NCBI GenBank assembly: GCA_963712745.1
Contig: CAVQJC010000017.1
Location: forward strand, 288,001-352,000
Length of the DNA stretch: 64,000 nucleotides
Direction: 5' to 3'
DNA from: an uncultured Chloroflexia bacterium
GTDB taxonomy: Bacteria > Chloroflexota > Limnocylindria > Limnocylindrales > CSP1-4
Below, piece after piece: positions 19,937-31,529 of this stretch. Position 1 is the first letter of the stretch. Every line of letters begins with the position of its first letter. The notes beneath the pieces were generated by a model. The model ran no database searches and was not told the origin of the DNA. It saw nothing but the letters and a program-made list of their open reading frames with translations. The translations under genes were made by a program, and so were the position numbers.

Positions 19937-20808
19937 CCGCACCCGCTGTGCCCGCCACGGGCACTCAGGCCCCGCCGCCACCGCGCCGCAAGTGGACGCC
20001 ACGCAAGGTCCTCAACACCTTCCTCTGGTACGCCTCCGCGGTGGTGCTGGCGCTGTTCATCATCTTGCCCATCTACCTCATCTTCGTCAGCGCCACCACG
20101 CCCGCCGAGCACACCTACGACTACCCCAAGTCGATCATCCCCACGGGCATCGACACCGACAACATCCAGAAGTTCATCAGCGCCTCCGGCGTCATCGACG
20201 CCTTCTGGCGCAGCGTGATCGCCGGTGTCATCACGGTCGTGCTGGCCTTGGGCATCGGCGCTCCCGCCGGCTATGCCATCGCGCGCTACGCCTTCCGCGG
20301 TCGCGACGGCTACCGGCTGGTCGTGCTCTCCACGCGCGCGTTCCCCATCGTCATCCTCTCGATCCCGCTGGCGGTCATGTACCGCAGCATCGGCCTCTAC
20401 GACTCGGTCTGGGGCGTGGCTCTGATGCACACCGCACTGGCGCTGCCGTTTGCTGTGCTCATCACCAGCTCCGTCTTCGTGTCCATCCCCAGAGAGCTCG
20501 AGGAGGCGGCCCAGACCCTGGGCTGCTCACCTGCGCGGGCCTTCCTGAAGGTCTCGTTGCCGCTGGCCCTGCCGGGCCTGACCGCGGCGGCCATCTTCAC
20601 CTGGGTGCTGTCCTGGAACGACGTCTTCGCGGCGGCGGTCCTGACCTTGCGTAACCCTACGCTGCCGGCTCGCATCCTGACGTCGCTGACACAAGCCTCG
20701 CTGCCCTGGCAGTTCGCGGCCGCGTTCGTGATGTTGGTGCCCAGCCTCATCGTCATCTTCATCATCCGCAAGTACCTGCTCGGCCTGTGGGGCCGGGTCG
20801 TCAAGTAG
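19933..20808 (+). CDS. Carbohydrate ABC transporter permease
   Basis: EAA motif 'SIPRELEEAAQTLGC'. Confidence 0.93.
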   Translation: MTAPAVPATGTQAPPPPRRKWTPRKVLNTFLWYASAVVLALFIILPIYLIFVSATTPAEHTYDYPKSIIPTGIDTDNIQKFISASGVIDAFWRSVIAGVITVVLALGIGAPAGYAIARYAFRGRDGYRLVVLSTRAFPIVILSIPLAVMYRSIGLYDSVWGVALMHTALALPFAVLITSSVFVSIPRELEEAAQTLGCSPARAFLKVSLPLALPGLTAAAIFTWVLSWNDVFAAAVLTLRNPTLPARILTSLTQASLPWQFAAAFVMLVPSLIVIFIIRKYLLGLWGRVVK

Positions 20809-20817
20809 GGGAGCCAC

Positions 20818-21911
<1,094 letters not shown>

Positions 21912-21915
<4 letters not shown>

Positions 21916-23780
21916 CGACTCCGCATAAACCGCGTGACATCGGAAACGGCCTGGTCGCCGCCTCGTTCGGCAAGGGCGGCGAGTGGCTGAGCCTGTCCAC
22001 CGTGCATCCCGAGGCCGGTTTCGTCGAACTGACGGGGCTGCCCGTGTTCGCGCCCGAGTGGCGCGGCGATGCCCATGAGGTCCGCCGCTATCGCTCGTGG
22101 ATGCGACGCGAGGAGCACGCTTTCCTGCATGTCGAGGCCGGACGGGCCACGGTCACCACGCGCCAGGATGCGCCGCGCGGGACGCGCGGTGTTGTGCAGC
22201 GGCTGGTCATCCGGGCCGCACACCGAGATCGCCCGGCGGGCATTCGCATCCGTCTCAACGGACGGCTGGGCTGGCCGGCGTACGCGGAGCTCACCGAGGT
22301 CGATCCACCGACCGAACCCGGCCTGAAGTCCCGCTTCAAGGCCCGGGAGGGAACGCTGCGCATCGGCGGCGAAGGTGGACCCGTCATCGTGCAGGCCTGG
22401 CTGCGAAAGGGCGGGGCCTCGTCGCGCGGCTCCGCCGAGGCACGGTCGGACCGGCGAATCAGCTGGAAGGTCCTCCGACGACGCATGCCCACGGCGGTCG
22501 CGTGGGTCGATTGGCCCGGTGAGGCAGAGGAGATCCACCTCGACATCGCCTGCACCTTCGACACGCCGCCCGTCGAGGCGCCCGACTGGTGTGACCGCGG
22601 ACGGCTGGGGCCACCCGAGCGCACTGAGGAGGATCTCCGCGCGGAGCTTCGACCGCTACGCGTGCCCGCCCGCATGGTCAAGCCGCTCGGTCGCATGAAC
22701 CAGCGGGCAGCGATCTACACGCGCAACTGCACTGCCCTGACGGTCGGCGGGGCCGAGCGCACCATCCTCACCGACCACCGCATCCTGCCACTGTCGTGGA
22801 CCCGGGACGCGTACTGGCAGGCCCGGCTGCTGCTCACGACCTGGTCGCGCGGGGGACACAACGAGGACGAGCAGATCGTGGCTGACCACCTGCGCTGGCT
22901 CTTCCTCCGCTGTGAGCGACCCGACGGACGCTGGGTTCGCAGCCACCATGCCGACGGGCGACGCAAGGACCACCCGCTGCAGGCCGACCAGCAGCTGTAC
23001 CCGCTCCTCGAGCTGGCCGACTACCTCAGCGTGACCGGGCGCCTGCCCGGTCTGCCGCCAGAGTCGACATGGGAGGACCTGGTGGCAGAGTCGTGGGACG
23101 CCGTGCTGGAGGTCATCGACCCCCGGCTCCTGCTCATCCGCACCGACGAGAACCCAGCCGATGACGTGCCCGCGAACCCGTTCCTGCTGTCGGACCAGAT
23201 CCTGCTCTGGCACACCGCCACGCGGCTGGCGAGCCTGGCCTCGCGGCTGGGCCTGGACAAGTCGGCGCTGCACGAGCTGGCTTCGAGCGTCCGCGCTGCG
23301 GTCAGGGAGCACTTCACGGCGGAGGGACCGCTGGGGCCGATGTGGGCCTACTCCGTCAACGGTCGTGGCGGCGTCGAGCGGTACATGGATGCTAATGACC
23401 TGCCCGCAGCGCTGGCGCCGCTGTGGGGCTTCTGCAAGCCGACCGACGAGGCCTGGCAGACGACGCTGCGCTTCGCCTTCGACCCGGAGAACCCGGGCTT
23501 CGTCGAGGGGCCGATGGGCGGGCTGGGCTCGCGCCACACCCCCGGGACCTGGCCACTCGGCGACATCATGGGCTGGGTCGCCTTCGGGCTCATGGAGGAG
23601 GAGGAGCTGTCCGAGGCTGCGCTCGAGCGGCTCGTGCGCTCGGCGTTCACCGACGGCATGCTGCCCGAGGCCTACGACCCCGAGGGCTCCGGTTCGGCGG
23701 TGCGTCACTGGTTCGCCTGGCCCGGTGCCGCACTGGCCGCGCTCCTGCTGGGACACGCCGCTCGCGACAGCGGCGAGTAG
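21912..23780 (+). CDS. Six-hairpin glycoside hydrolase, GH125 (metal-independent alpha-mannosidase)-like
   Basis: 'SWTRDAYW', 'DENPADD', 'YMDANDLP', 'GSRHTP', 'RHWFAWP'; last gene of the sugar ABC operon. Confidence 0.7.
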
Positions 23781-23891
23781 GCCGGGTCCGAGCGAGCCGG
23801 GTCGTCAGGCGGAGGTCGCCCGGCGAGTGCCCGAGACGTGGCTGCCCACACCAGCTCGCCGGGTGGCCCCTGCGAGGCCTGGCCCGGGGTG

Positions 23892-24116
23892 ACTTGCACG
23901 TGATGACCGAGTTCGACACTGATGCCGGCCTGCCCCCATACCGTCAGTCCTCCCGTGGCAGGCGTTGACACCTTCGCTCACGTGGTGCAAAGACCGGTCA
24001 AGCGGTGGCTCGGATCTGTCACCTGGTGCAACGATCTCAGTCATTTACGGGCAAGGATGGATCGAGGGGTCAGACTGACGGTTGCCTCGCGTCGAACTGG
24101 TGCACCGGGTGCAAGC
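23892..24116. ncRNA. Candidate rod-like structured ncRNA (unit C, unassigned)
   Basis: Nested complementary segments CTTGCAC/GTGCAAG, AGTTCGAC/GTCGAACT, CCGTCAGTC/GACTGACGG, CCCGT/ACGGG; lies between convergent genes. Confidence 0.5.
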
Positions 24117-24139
24117 GAAGCCGACGAACGCTCGCCAGG

Positions 24140-24213
24140 CACCAGCCCGCGCCGGACACCAGCCCGCGCCGGACACCAGCCCGCACCGGACACCAGCCCG
24201 CGCCGGACACCAG
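24140..24213. repeat. Tandem repeat, ~4.3 x 17 bp (CACCAGCCCGCGCCGGA)
   Basis: Four copies (one with a single G>A change) plus a partial copy. Confidence 0.93.
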
Positions 24214-24246
24214 GATGGGCCGGCCCCAGGCAGGAGTGGGCCGGGC

Positions 24247-25147
24247 CTACGGCTCCAGGGCGATGCCGGCGACGCGCAGATCGGCCGCGAAGGACTCGAG
24301 CGCTTCGGGACCGTCGACCATGCCGTCGATGAAGGACTGCACTCGGGTCAGGCCCAGCTCGGCATAGGCACCGTAGAGGTCCACGCGCTGCTGTCCCTGG
24401 ATCTGATACGCCCGGCGACTCACGCCAGGTATGCACCGATATGGCCAGCGTGCCCGGGTCGCGGTCGATCTCTCGGCAGCGCGCGTGGATGACCGGCAGC
24501 GCCTGGGCTACCTCCGGCGGGGTCAGGCCGTCGAGGTTGAGCTCGTCGGCGAAGCGAGCAGCGAGGCGCCAGGTCACGTCGGGGCCGTTGCCGCCGACCA
24601 TCAACGGAACGCTCGGTCGCTGCACCGGCTTGGGCTGGTTCACCGCCCCCGCCACGCGGGCATAGCGGCCCTCGAACGAGGCCCGCCGGTCGCCCGGCTC
24701 GAGCATGCGCGTGATGATTTCGAGATGGTCGCGCAGCATGGCCAGCCGCACCTGCGTGGAGGGGTAGTCGTAACCGAAGGCTTCCCACTCCTCCTGCTTC
24801 CAGCCGGCGCCGATGCCCAGCTCGGCACGACCGCCACTGACGACGTCGAGGGTAGAGATCATCTTGGCCGTCAGGGCCGGGTTGCGGAAGCCCGTGCAGA
24901 TGACGATGTGACCGATGCGCACCCGCTGGGTGAGGGCCGCGAGCGCGGTAAGAGCCACGAATGGCTCGAACAGGACTTCATCGCTGGGCGTGGGCCAGTG
25001 GTGGAAGTGGTCGTACATCCAAACCGACTCGAAGCCGAGCTGCTCCGCCTGTAACGCGACAGCCACGGTCCGCTCCCAGGCTGCCGGCCCGTCCCAGCCG
25101 CTGTACTCCAGCACCCAGCCCTGGGGCACGACGATGCCGACCTTCAT
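24247..25147 (-). CDS. LLM-class (probably F420-dependent, TIGR03560-like) oxidoreductase; frameshift near 24396
   Basis: 'WMYDHFH', 'RNPALTAKMISTLDVVSGGR', 'VGGNG'; removing one G restores 'QQRVDLYGAYAELGLTRV...ALEP*' ending at 24247. Confidence 0.85.
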
Positions 25148-25149
25148 CT

Positions 25150-25857
25150 TCAGCGTGCCTCGCGGTAGCGCTGGGCCGCCTCGGCTCGCTTGCGCACGTC
25201 GAGCTTGTGCAGGATGTTGCTGACGTGCGTTTCCACCGTGCGCGGGCTGATGACCAGGGCGGAGGCGATCTCGCGGTCGGTGAGGCCGTCGGCGAGCATC
25301 CGGAGCACGTCGTTCTCTCGCGGGCTCAGCCCTTCCAGCCCCCCAGTGTTGCCGGTCCGACCCTTGCGTGCCGCTTCGATGAAGTGGCGCATGACACGCG
25401 CGGCGTGCCGGCGCGACATCGCCAGCTGGCCCTTCTGGGTGCCTCGCAGTGCCCGCAGCAGCGCCTCTGGCGCCAGGTCCTTGGTGAGGTAGCCGGCTGC
25501 ACCGCGGGCCAGCGCCTCGATCATGTCGCGCTCGGAGTCAGACACGGTGAGCATGACGATCTTGGTATCGGGCAGACGTGGGGACAGTTCCTCGAGCATC
25601 TGGATGCCGTTCATGCCGGGCAGGTCGATGTCGAGCAGCATCACGTCCGGACGCACGCCGAGGGCCAGTGCGAAGGCGTCTTCGGCGCTGCCGGCCTCAC
25701 CCACGAGCTCCACGTCGGGTGCGTCGATCGCCTGGCGTACGGCCGAGCGAACGAGAGCGTGGTCGTCCACGAGCATCACGCGTAGCGGAGTCGCGGATCC
25801 GGCGGTTTCGGTGCCGAGGCTGGGGGCGCCCGCGGTGCGTGGTTGCTGGACGGTCAT
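25150..25857 (-). CDS. NarL/LuxR-family response regulator
   Basis: REC domain 'LVDDH', 'LLDIDLPGMNG'; HTH 'LSPRE...ETHVSNILHKL'. Confidence 0.95.
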   Translation of the reverse strand: MTVQQPRTAGAPSLGTETAGSATPLRVMLVDDHALVRSAVRQAIDAPDVELVGEAGSAEDAFALALGVRPDVMLLDIDLPGMNGIQMLEELSPRLPDTKIVMLTVSDSERDMIEALARGAAGYLTKDLAPEALLRALRGTQKGQLAMSRRHAARVMRHFIEAARKGRTGNTGGLEGLSPRENDVLRMLADGLTDREIASALVISPRTVETHVSNILHKLDVRKRAEAAQRYREAR

Positions 25858-25864
25858 GGCCCCG

Positions 25865-27580
25865 CTAGGGTTGCATACCTGTGGGCTTGACGTCGGCGGC
25901 GTTCGCCGAACCCTGACCTGAAGCGGTCGTCCCGCCACCTGGGATCGCGTTCGGCAACTCGAGCTGGCCGGGCGGCTCCGCGGCGATCGACTCGGGAGCC
26001 ATGGGCGTGCGCTCGCTCGTCTCCGAAACGCTGCTCACCCCGGCGGTCACCAGCGGCGCGCGGACCTCGATGGTGGTGCCGCCGGAGATCTCCGACCTCA
26101 CCAGCAGGCTGCCGCCGATGAGGCGCGCCCGCTCGCGCATCCCCTGCAGGCCCAGGCCCCTGTCGAAGGCTTCGTGCTCGGCGAAGCCGCGGCCGTTGTC
26201 GGTGACGCTGATGAGCAGCTGGCCGTCGGCTACCTCGGCGGTGATGCGCACGATGGTGGCGTCGGCATGCTTGCGCACATTGTTGAGCGCTTCGCTGATG
26301 ATGCGCAGCAACTCCACCTGCACTCGTGGCGCCAGCGTGGAGGGGATGCCGGTCGAGGCCGTGAACTCCGTACGCAGACCCGAGCGGCTCTCGAAGTCCT
26401 CGACGCTGCGCACCAGCATGTCGGCGAAGGGCACGTCCTCCTCGAGGCTGGAGCGCATCGTGACCAGGGCCTCGCGAGCCTCGATGATGGCAGCGTCGAG
26501 GGCCTGCGTGACCTCGTCCGCCAGGGGCCGGTCTCCATCCGAGAGCGCAGAGCTCAGCCGCTCGAACTTGAGCTTGGCAAACCAGAGATGCTGGGCCAGC
26601 CCGTCGTGGATCTCTCGCGCCAGCCGGGCTCGCTCCTCGAGCGTGGCCCGTTCCGCTTCGTTGACGCGCATGCGATCGAGCGCCGCATACGCCGAGCGCA
26701 ACGACCGCAGGTCACTGCGCTGGTCGGCGAAGGCGCCGGCGAGGAGGATGGTGTAGGCCACCAGACGCATGACGTCGGAGATGGTCACGAGGTTGGTATA
26801 GATGCTGGGCCAGAGTGCGTATTGCACCTCTGCCACCGCCAGGATGACCAGGCCGAGCGCGGTGAAGGCGTCGCTGGTGGGGCCGCCCCGCCCCCACGTC
26901 ATGCGGTAGAGGAAGACGCCCGCGATGAGGCCGGTGACCGTAACGATGACGATGACGAGGGCCAGGCCGGTGAAGCCCGGCAAGAGGGCGAAGTCGCCCG
27001 GCTCGGCCAGCAGCGCAGCCAGGCCCTGAGGCTCGATGAGCGGCGGCAGGTACTCGCGGAAGGGGTAGATCAAGACCGTCGCCGCGGCGATGACGATGAC
27101 CGGCCACAAGACCGTGCGGAAGCGCCGCCGGGCTCCGCCGTAGATGCCCATGATGGCCGCGATGCCGCTGACCATGAAGAGGCCGGACACACTCATGCGT
27201 ACGACTCCCGAGACCCACAGGGGCAACTGCCCGGGGTTAACCAGCGAGAGACCCACCTCGTCGTCCAGGCGGAAGACCATCAGCAGCAGCGTCACGAAGG
27301 TGAAGATGGCCCACAGCGCGAAGGCCGAGGACTGCACGAACGAGGCCAGTCGGCCGGTCTCGCGATAGCGCAGGAAGGAGATGACCGCCAGGCCCGTCAC
27401 GGCCACGAAGGTGAGCGCCGACAGCGCCACGTCGAGCGTGCGGTCCTTCATGACGATGTTCAGGTCCGGGTCGACCTGGGGCAACAGCGTGGCGATGAGC
27501 AGGATGCCGGCCGACGCAAGCAGGACCACGTCGAGCCGGACGGCCCGGCGCCGTTGCTGCCTCGTTCGAGGGGTCCGCAT
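25865..27580 (-). CDS. Membrane sensor histidine kinase (HisKA_3)
   Basis: Multiple TM helices; 'RLAREIHDGLAQ', 'EALNNVRKH', 'DNGRG', 'GLGLQGMRER'. Confidence 0.93.
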   Translation of the reverse strand: MRTPRTRQQRRRAVRLDVVLLASAGILLIATLLPQVDPDLNIVMKDRTLDVALSALTFVAVTGLAVISFLRYRETGRLASFVQSSAFALWAIFTFVTLLLMVFRLDDEVGLSLVNPGQLPLWVSGVVRMSVSGLFMVSGIAAIMGIYGGARRRFRTVLWPVIVIAAATVLIYPFREYLPPLIEPQGLAALLAEPGDFALLPGFTGLALVIVIVTVTGLIAGVFLYRMTWGRGGPTSDAFTALGLVILAVAEVQYALWPSIYTNLVTISDVMRLVAYTILLAGAFADQRSDLRSLRSAYAALDRMRVNEAERATLEERARLAREIHDGLAQHLWFAKLKFERLSSALSDGDRPLADEVTQALDAAIIEAREALVTMRSSLEEDVPFADMLVRSVEDFESRSGLRTEFTASTGIPSTLAPRVQVELLRIISEALNNVRKHADATIVRITAEVADGQLLISVTDNGRGFAEHEAFDRGLGLQGMRERARLIGGSLLVRSEISGGTTIEVRAPLVTAGVSSVSETSERTPMAPESIAAEPPGQLELPNAIPGGGTTASGQGSANAADVKPTGMQP

Positions 27581-27743
27581 GTAGGCGATGATAGTCCCGC
27601 CGAAAGTGTGAGAGCCGGACGCGCCCCAGCGCTGTCCGACTCTCTTCTCGCTCGACTCCGGGCCCCGCCGTGAAGGGCCAAGGGGGCGAGTGCTTTTATT
27701 CGTTTCGGTGCCGCCATGATGAGCCAACGCCTGGGCCGGGTCA

Positions 27744-27816
27744 TCCGTGCACATACGGAACCGGGTACGGAGGCAGGGGTCCGTATCACCACGGAGAGCA
27801 CCCGGAGACCTACGGA
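27744..27816. promoter_or_regulatory. Cluster of YACGGA/TCCGTR boxes (candidate NarL-type regulator sites)
   Basis: TCCGTG 27744, TACGGA 27754, 27766 and 27811, TCCGTA 27780, CACGGA 27790. Confidence 0.4.
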
Positions 27817-27965
27817 GCGTTCGCGCCCCCTCGGTGACGGGACGCACCGCTTGGGCGGGAGGTGTGAGGTCCCGGCCCAGCCACGCGCGGACCCGTCAGT
27901 CCTGGCTGCCGGTCCATGCCGCCTCGGGGGCACGACCCCGCGTGGACCGCTACCGTGTGCGTGTC

Positions 27966-29285
27966 ATGACCTCCCTCGTCCTTCGTCACGGACCGAAGCC
28001 GGCGGCGATGCTGCTCCTGCTGGCGCTCCTCTTCGGGCTCGTGCCGGCGGCCACCGCGTCGGCCGCGACCAGCCTGGACCTCGAGGCGCGCTACACCGCG
28101 GACGTGCACCTCGACTGGGATACGCGCTGGGTGAAGATCCGCACTGCCATCGACGTGCGCAACACGACATCGAAGTCCATCAGCCGGCTCGAGCTCAACA
28201 CCGTGGCCGCCAAGCTGGGCGGTCTGCAAAAGCTCAAGACCAGCTCCGGCGGCTCGCCGGTGACGGCTTCGGTCACGGGACAGACCATCAAGGTGCCGCT
28301 CGGGACCGTCCTCTCACCCGGCAGCAGCACTCGCGTGTGGGTCAGCTTCAGGGCCAGGCTCAGGACCACGACCGGAGCCCGCTCGTACTTCTTCACCCAG
28401 GTCAACGGCGTGGCACAGCTCTACCGTTTCATCCCCTGGATCAGCCGCCGCATCGCCTTCGGCTCGGGCAACCACGGCGAACCGTTCGTGACGCCGGTCA
28501 GTCCGCGCGTCGAGGTCACCCTCAGCGCAGACCGCAAGCTCAACTGGGCCACCAGCGGGCGACGTGCGCAGACCGTCGATGCGCGCACGGCCCGCTACGT
28601 GGCCACCGACGTGCGTGACTTCAACGTGGCCGCCAGCCCGCACTGGCGGACCGTGGCCGGCAAGTCCAGCGACGGCAAGGTCAAGATCACCGCACACACG
28701 CGCAGGCATGAAGGCAAGCGGCTCGTCCAACTTGCACGCGAGGAGCTCGCGAGGTATCAGCAGAAGACGGGCGTGGCCTATCCGCACTCGACATTCCGCA
28801 TCGCCGAGACCGGTGGCGGGCTGGCCATGGAATCACCCGCGCTCATCTGGATCCCGGCTGCCCGGCCCGCACGCGACCACGACTACCTCATCTCCCACGA
28901 GGTCGCCCACCAGTGGTGGTACTCGACCGTGGGCAACGATCAGTCGACCGATGCCTTCGCCGACGAGGCCCTCGCCGACTATCACGCTCGCAAGGCCCAC
29001 CTGTCGATCCGTTCCAGTCGCTGCAAGACGGACCGGCTGGACCGTGAGATCCGGGCCTATTCGGACATCTGCTACTTCGAGGTCATCTACATCCAGGGTG
29101 CGCGCTTCCTCGACGGCCTGAGGCGGGACTACGGCAAGGCCAAGTTCAACGCCGCGCTGCGGGCGTACACGCGCAACAACCGCTACGAGATCTCGAACAA
29201 CGCGCGCCTGCTCGCGGCCTTCCACAAGACCATGGGCGACGGCGTGCTCAAGCGCTTCCACAAGCGCTTCCCGAGCCTGTACTGA
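27966..29285 (+). CDS. Secreted M1-family (gluzincin) metallopeptidase
   Basis: Signal peptide; 'AMESP', HEVAH...DEALA zinc motif. Confidence 0.85.
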   Translation: MTSLVLRHGPKPAAMLLLLALLFGLVPAATASAATSLDLEARYTADVHLDWDTRWVKIRTAIDVRNTTSKSISRLELNTVAAKLGGLQKLKTSSGGSPVTASVTGQTIKVPLGTVLSPGSSTRVWVSFRARLRTTTGARSYFFTQVNGVAQLYRFIPWISRRIAFGSGNHGEPFVTPVSPRVEVTLSADRKLNWATSGRRAQTVDARTARYVATDVRDFNVAASPHWRTVAGKSSDGKVKITAHTRRHEGKRLVQLAREELARYQQKTGVAYPHSTFRIAETGGGLAMESPALIWIPAARPARDHDYLISHEVAHQWWYSTVGNDQSTDAFADEALADYHARKAHLSIRSSRCKTDRLDREIRAYSDICYFEVIYIQGARFLDGLRRDYGKAKFNAALRAYTRNNRYEISNNARLLAAFHKTMGDGVLKRFHKRFPSLY

Positions 29286-29356
29286 CCGTCACCACTGGCT
29301 GGTCGTCGGTGGTCTCGGGTTTAGACTGCGGGTCGTGTACTACCTCTCCCGCGCTC

Positions 29357-29782
29357 ATGCCCAGATCCGGCGAACGTATCGCCAGCCGTGATGCGAGCGG
29401 CGCGCCGAACCATCGCGGCTGGATGCCCGTGGCGGCCCGGCGCCGCTGGATCGAGCCCTTCGTGCTGGCCATGCTCGCGCGCGGCAGCACCTACGGCTAC
29501 GCCATCATCGGGCGACTCGAGGAGATGCATATCAGCGATGGCTCGCTGGACGTCGGCCTGGTCTACCGCACCTTGCGCGACCTGGAGCGTGACGGTCTGG
29601 TCAGCTCCTCCTGGGCGGACGAATCGGCCGGTCCCCGTCGCCGCGCCTACCAGCTCACCGATGCCGGCCTCGAGGCGCTCGATGACTGGGCCGCAGTGAT
29701 GCGGGAGCGGGCGCGACTGATCGGGGAGTTCAATGCCGACTACCTGGAGGTCGTGGCCGCGGCGCGCTCCCGGGGTCGCTAG
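29357..29782 (+). CDS. PadR-family transcriptional regulator
   Basis: 'YGYAII...VYRTLRDLERDG...GPRRRAYQLT'. Confidence 0.92.
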   Translation: MPRSGERIASRDASGAPNHRGWMPVAARRRWIEPFVLAMLARGSTYGYAIIGRLEEMHISDGSLDVGLVYRTLRDLERDGLVSSSWADESAGPRRRAYQLTDAGLEALDDWAAVMRERARLIGEFNADYLEVVAAARSRGR

Positions 29783-30273
29783 ACCGGCTCGGCCATGGCG
29801 TGCTTGAGCCCCCTGGCCAGCTCAGCCTGCTCCTCCTCGGAGAGGTTGAGCGCGAGCACGCGCATGTACTCCTCCTCCTCGGCCAGGTGCACCTTCATCA
29901 ACGCATAGATGCGATACAGCACACGCCGCAGCCCGATGGTGCCGGCCGGTCCAAGCGCGTCAGCCTCGACGGCCTGGAGGAAGACGCCGAGCCGCGAGAT
30001 GAGGCCCCTGAGGTCCTCGTGCTCGCGACGCATCTGCAGCATCGAATGCCGCTTTCGCATGAGCCGATCGAGCTCCGGGTAGAGGCTGGCCTCCACGGCT
30101 TCGATGTGCGGCTCGAGCGTCTCGGTCACGAAGCGGACCAGACTCGCGAGGCCTTCGTCGAAGGCGGCTGGGCGTGGTCGTTGGCCGAGCATGTCGGCCA
30201 GCTCCGGCAGCTGGTCGAGCACCTCCGAGATGCGCTCGTGGTGCTCGTGCCCGACATCGGTGACCGCTGGCAA
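29779..30273 (-). CDS. Hemerythrin-like (HHE) domain protein
   Basis: 'HEHH', 'PHIEAVE', 'REHE', 'VHLAEEE'; TTG start after GGAGG. Confidence 0.85.
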   Translation of the reverse strand: MPAVTDVGHEHHERISEVLDQLPELADMLGQRPRPAAFDEGLASLVRFVTETLEPHIEAVEASLYPELDRLMRKRHSMLQMRREHEDLRGLISRLGVFLQAVEADALGPAGTIGLRRVLYRIYALMKVHLAEEEEYMRVLALNLSEEEQAELARGLKHAMAEPV

Positions 30274-30356
30274 GAGCCCATTCCTCCCGTTGCTGATGTG
30301 AACAACGATACGCGGCCCGACGCCGTGGGTCCACAAGGCTGGCGCCCGCCCCTGAA

Positions 30357-30377
30357 CTATATGCTTCCTACATGTAG
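30357..30377. promoter_or_regulatory. Operator CTATATG-N7-CATGTAG in the divergent hemerythrin promoter
   Basis: Near-perfect AT-rich palindrome overlapping TAGAAT; same geometry as the 39739 site. Confidence 0.6.
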
Positions 30378-30424
30378 AATACTGACAGCGGTCCTGACCG
30401 CGAGCGCGCACCGGGAGGCACAAG

Positions 30425-30928
30425 ATGCAGACGCTGGGCGGTGTCTCGCATGAGCACCACGACCTCCTTTGGCGAGCCGTCGACCGGCTGAGCGACCTGG
30501 CCGAGTGTCTCGATTGCGATTGTCTCGACCGGGCTGAACTCCTGGCCCGGTTGCCACAGTTGCAGGAGATCCACGACAGCTTGACCATGCAGCTGATCCC
30601 GCACATGGAAGCTGTCGAGACTGCGGTGTACCCGACGCTCGAGAGGATCGTGGCCGACCACGGCGTGACCGTCACGATGGCGGACGAGCACGAGCAGATC
30701 CGTCGGCTGGTGGCGGCGTTGGGCTCGTTCATCGACGAACCCGCGGCTCACGCCGATCGATCGGCCATCCTGGTCCTGCGGCGCATCCTGTTGCGCCTGC
30801 ACGCGCTGCTCAAGACACATCTGGCGGAGGAGGAGCTGTACATCCCCATCCTCGAGGACCGCTTGACGCCGGGGCAGGAGGCGGCCCTGGCCAGGGCGCT
30901 CGACCACCTCGCGGCCGAGCGACTGTAG
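30425..30928 (+). CDS. Hemerythrin-like (HHE) domain protein
   Basis: 'HEHH', 'PHMEAVE', 'DEHE', 'THLAEEE'; extra 'ECLDCDC'. Confidence 0.88.
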   Translation: MQTLGGVSHEHHDLLWRAVDRLSDLAECLDCDCLDRAELLARLPQLQEIHDSLTMQLIPHMEAVETAVYPTLERIVADHGVTVTMADEHEQIRRLVAALGSFIDEPAAHADRSAILVLRRILLRLHALLKTHLAEEELYIPILEDRLTPGQEAALARALDHLAAERL

Positions 30929-31018
30929 GAGCAGGCCGAGTCCGTCCTGCTGCCGCCCGCCCCCGACCCTTGGCCCGCCTGTCGCAGCCCTGCCTCGAGC
31001 GACTATGCTCACCAACCC

Positions 31019-31507
31019 ATGGATGCGTCCAGCGAACGAGCGGCCGACGGCGCGGCCTCCATCACCAGCGACCTTGCCTCCGACCACGACGAGACGGGGG
31101 TTCCTGTCCATCGTGGCTGGGCTCCGCGCGGCGGGCGGCACCGCTGGATGGAGCCGTTCGTGCTGGTCCTGCTGGCCGACGGGGGAGCGCACGGCTACGC
31201 CATCACCGCCCAACTCGAGGAGATGGGCATCACCGGAGGGCCCGTGGACATCGGGCAGGTGTACCGCACGCTGCGCGAGCTGGAGGGGGCCGGACAGGTC
31301 ACCTCCTCCTGGTCGGCCACCCCTGTGGGACCGCAGCGACGCGAGTACGAGCTCACCGATGCCGGCTACGCGACCATCGACGCCTGGGCAGCGGTGATGA
31401 AGGAGCGGGCCAGGCTCATCGGCGAGTTCAACGCTCGATACCTCGAATCAGTGGCTGCCCCGCGAAGGCAGGCCCAGCCTCCGACGGGCCGCGAGCCGAC
31501 CGCCTGA
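31019..31507 (+). CDS. PadR-family transcriptional regulator (paralogue of 29357)
   Basis: 'HGYAIT...VYRTLRELE...GPQRREYELT', 'WAAVMKERARLIGEFNA'. Confidence 0.92.
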   Translation: MDASSERAADGAASITSDLASDHDETGVPVHRGWAPRGGRHRWMEPFVLVLLADGGAHGYAITAQLEEMGITGGPVDIGQVYRTLRELEGAGQVTSSWSATPVGPQRREYELTDAGYATIDAWAAVMKERARLIGEFNARYLESVAAPRRQAQPPTGREPTA

Positions 31508-31529
31508 TCGACCTACCCCTGGTCAGCGC

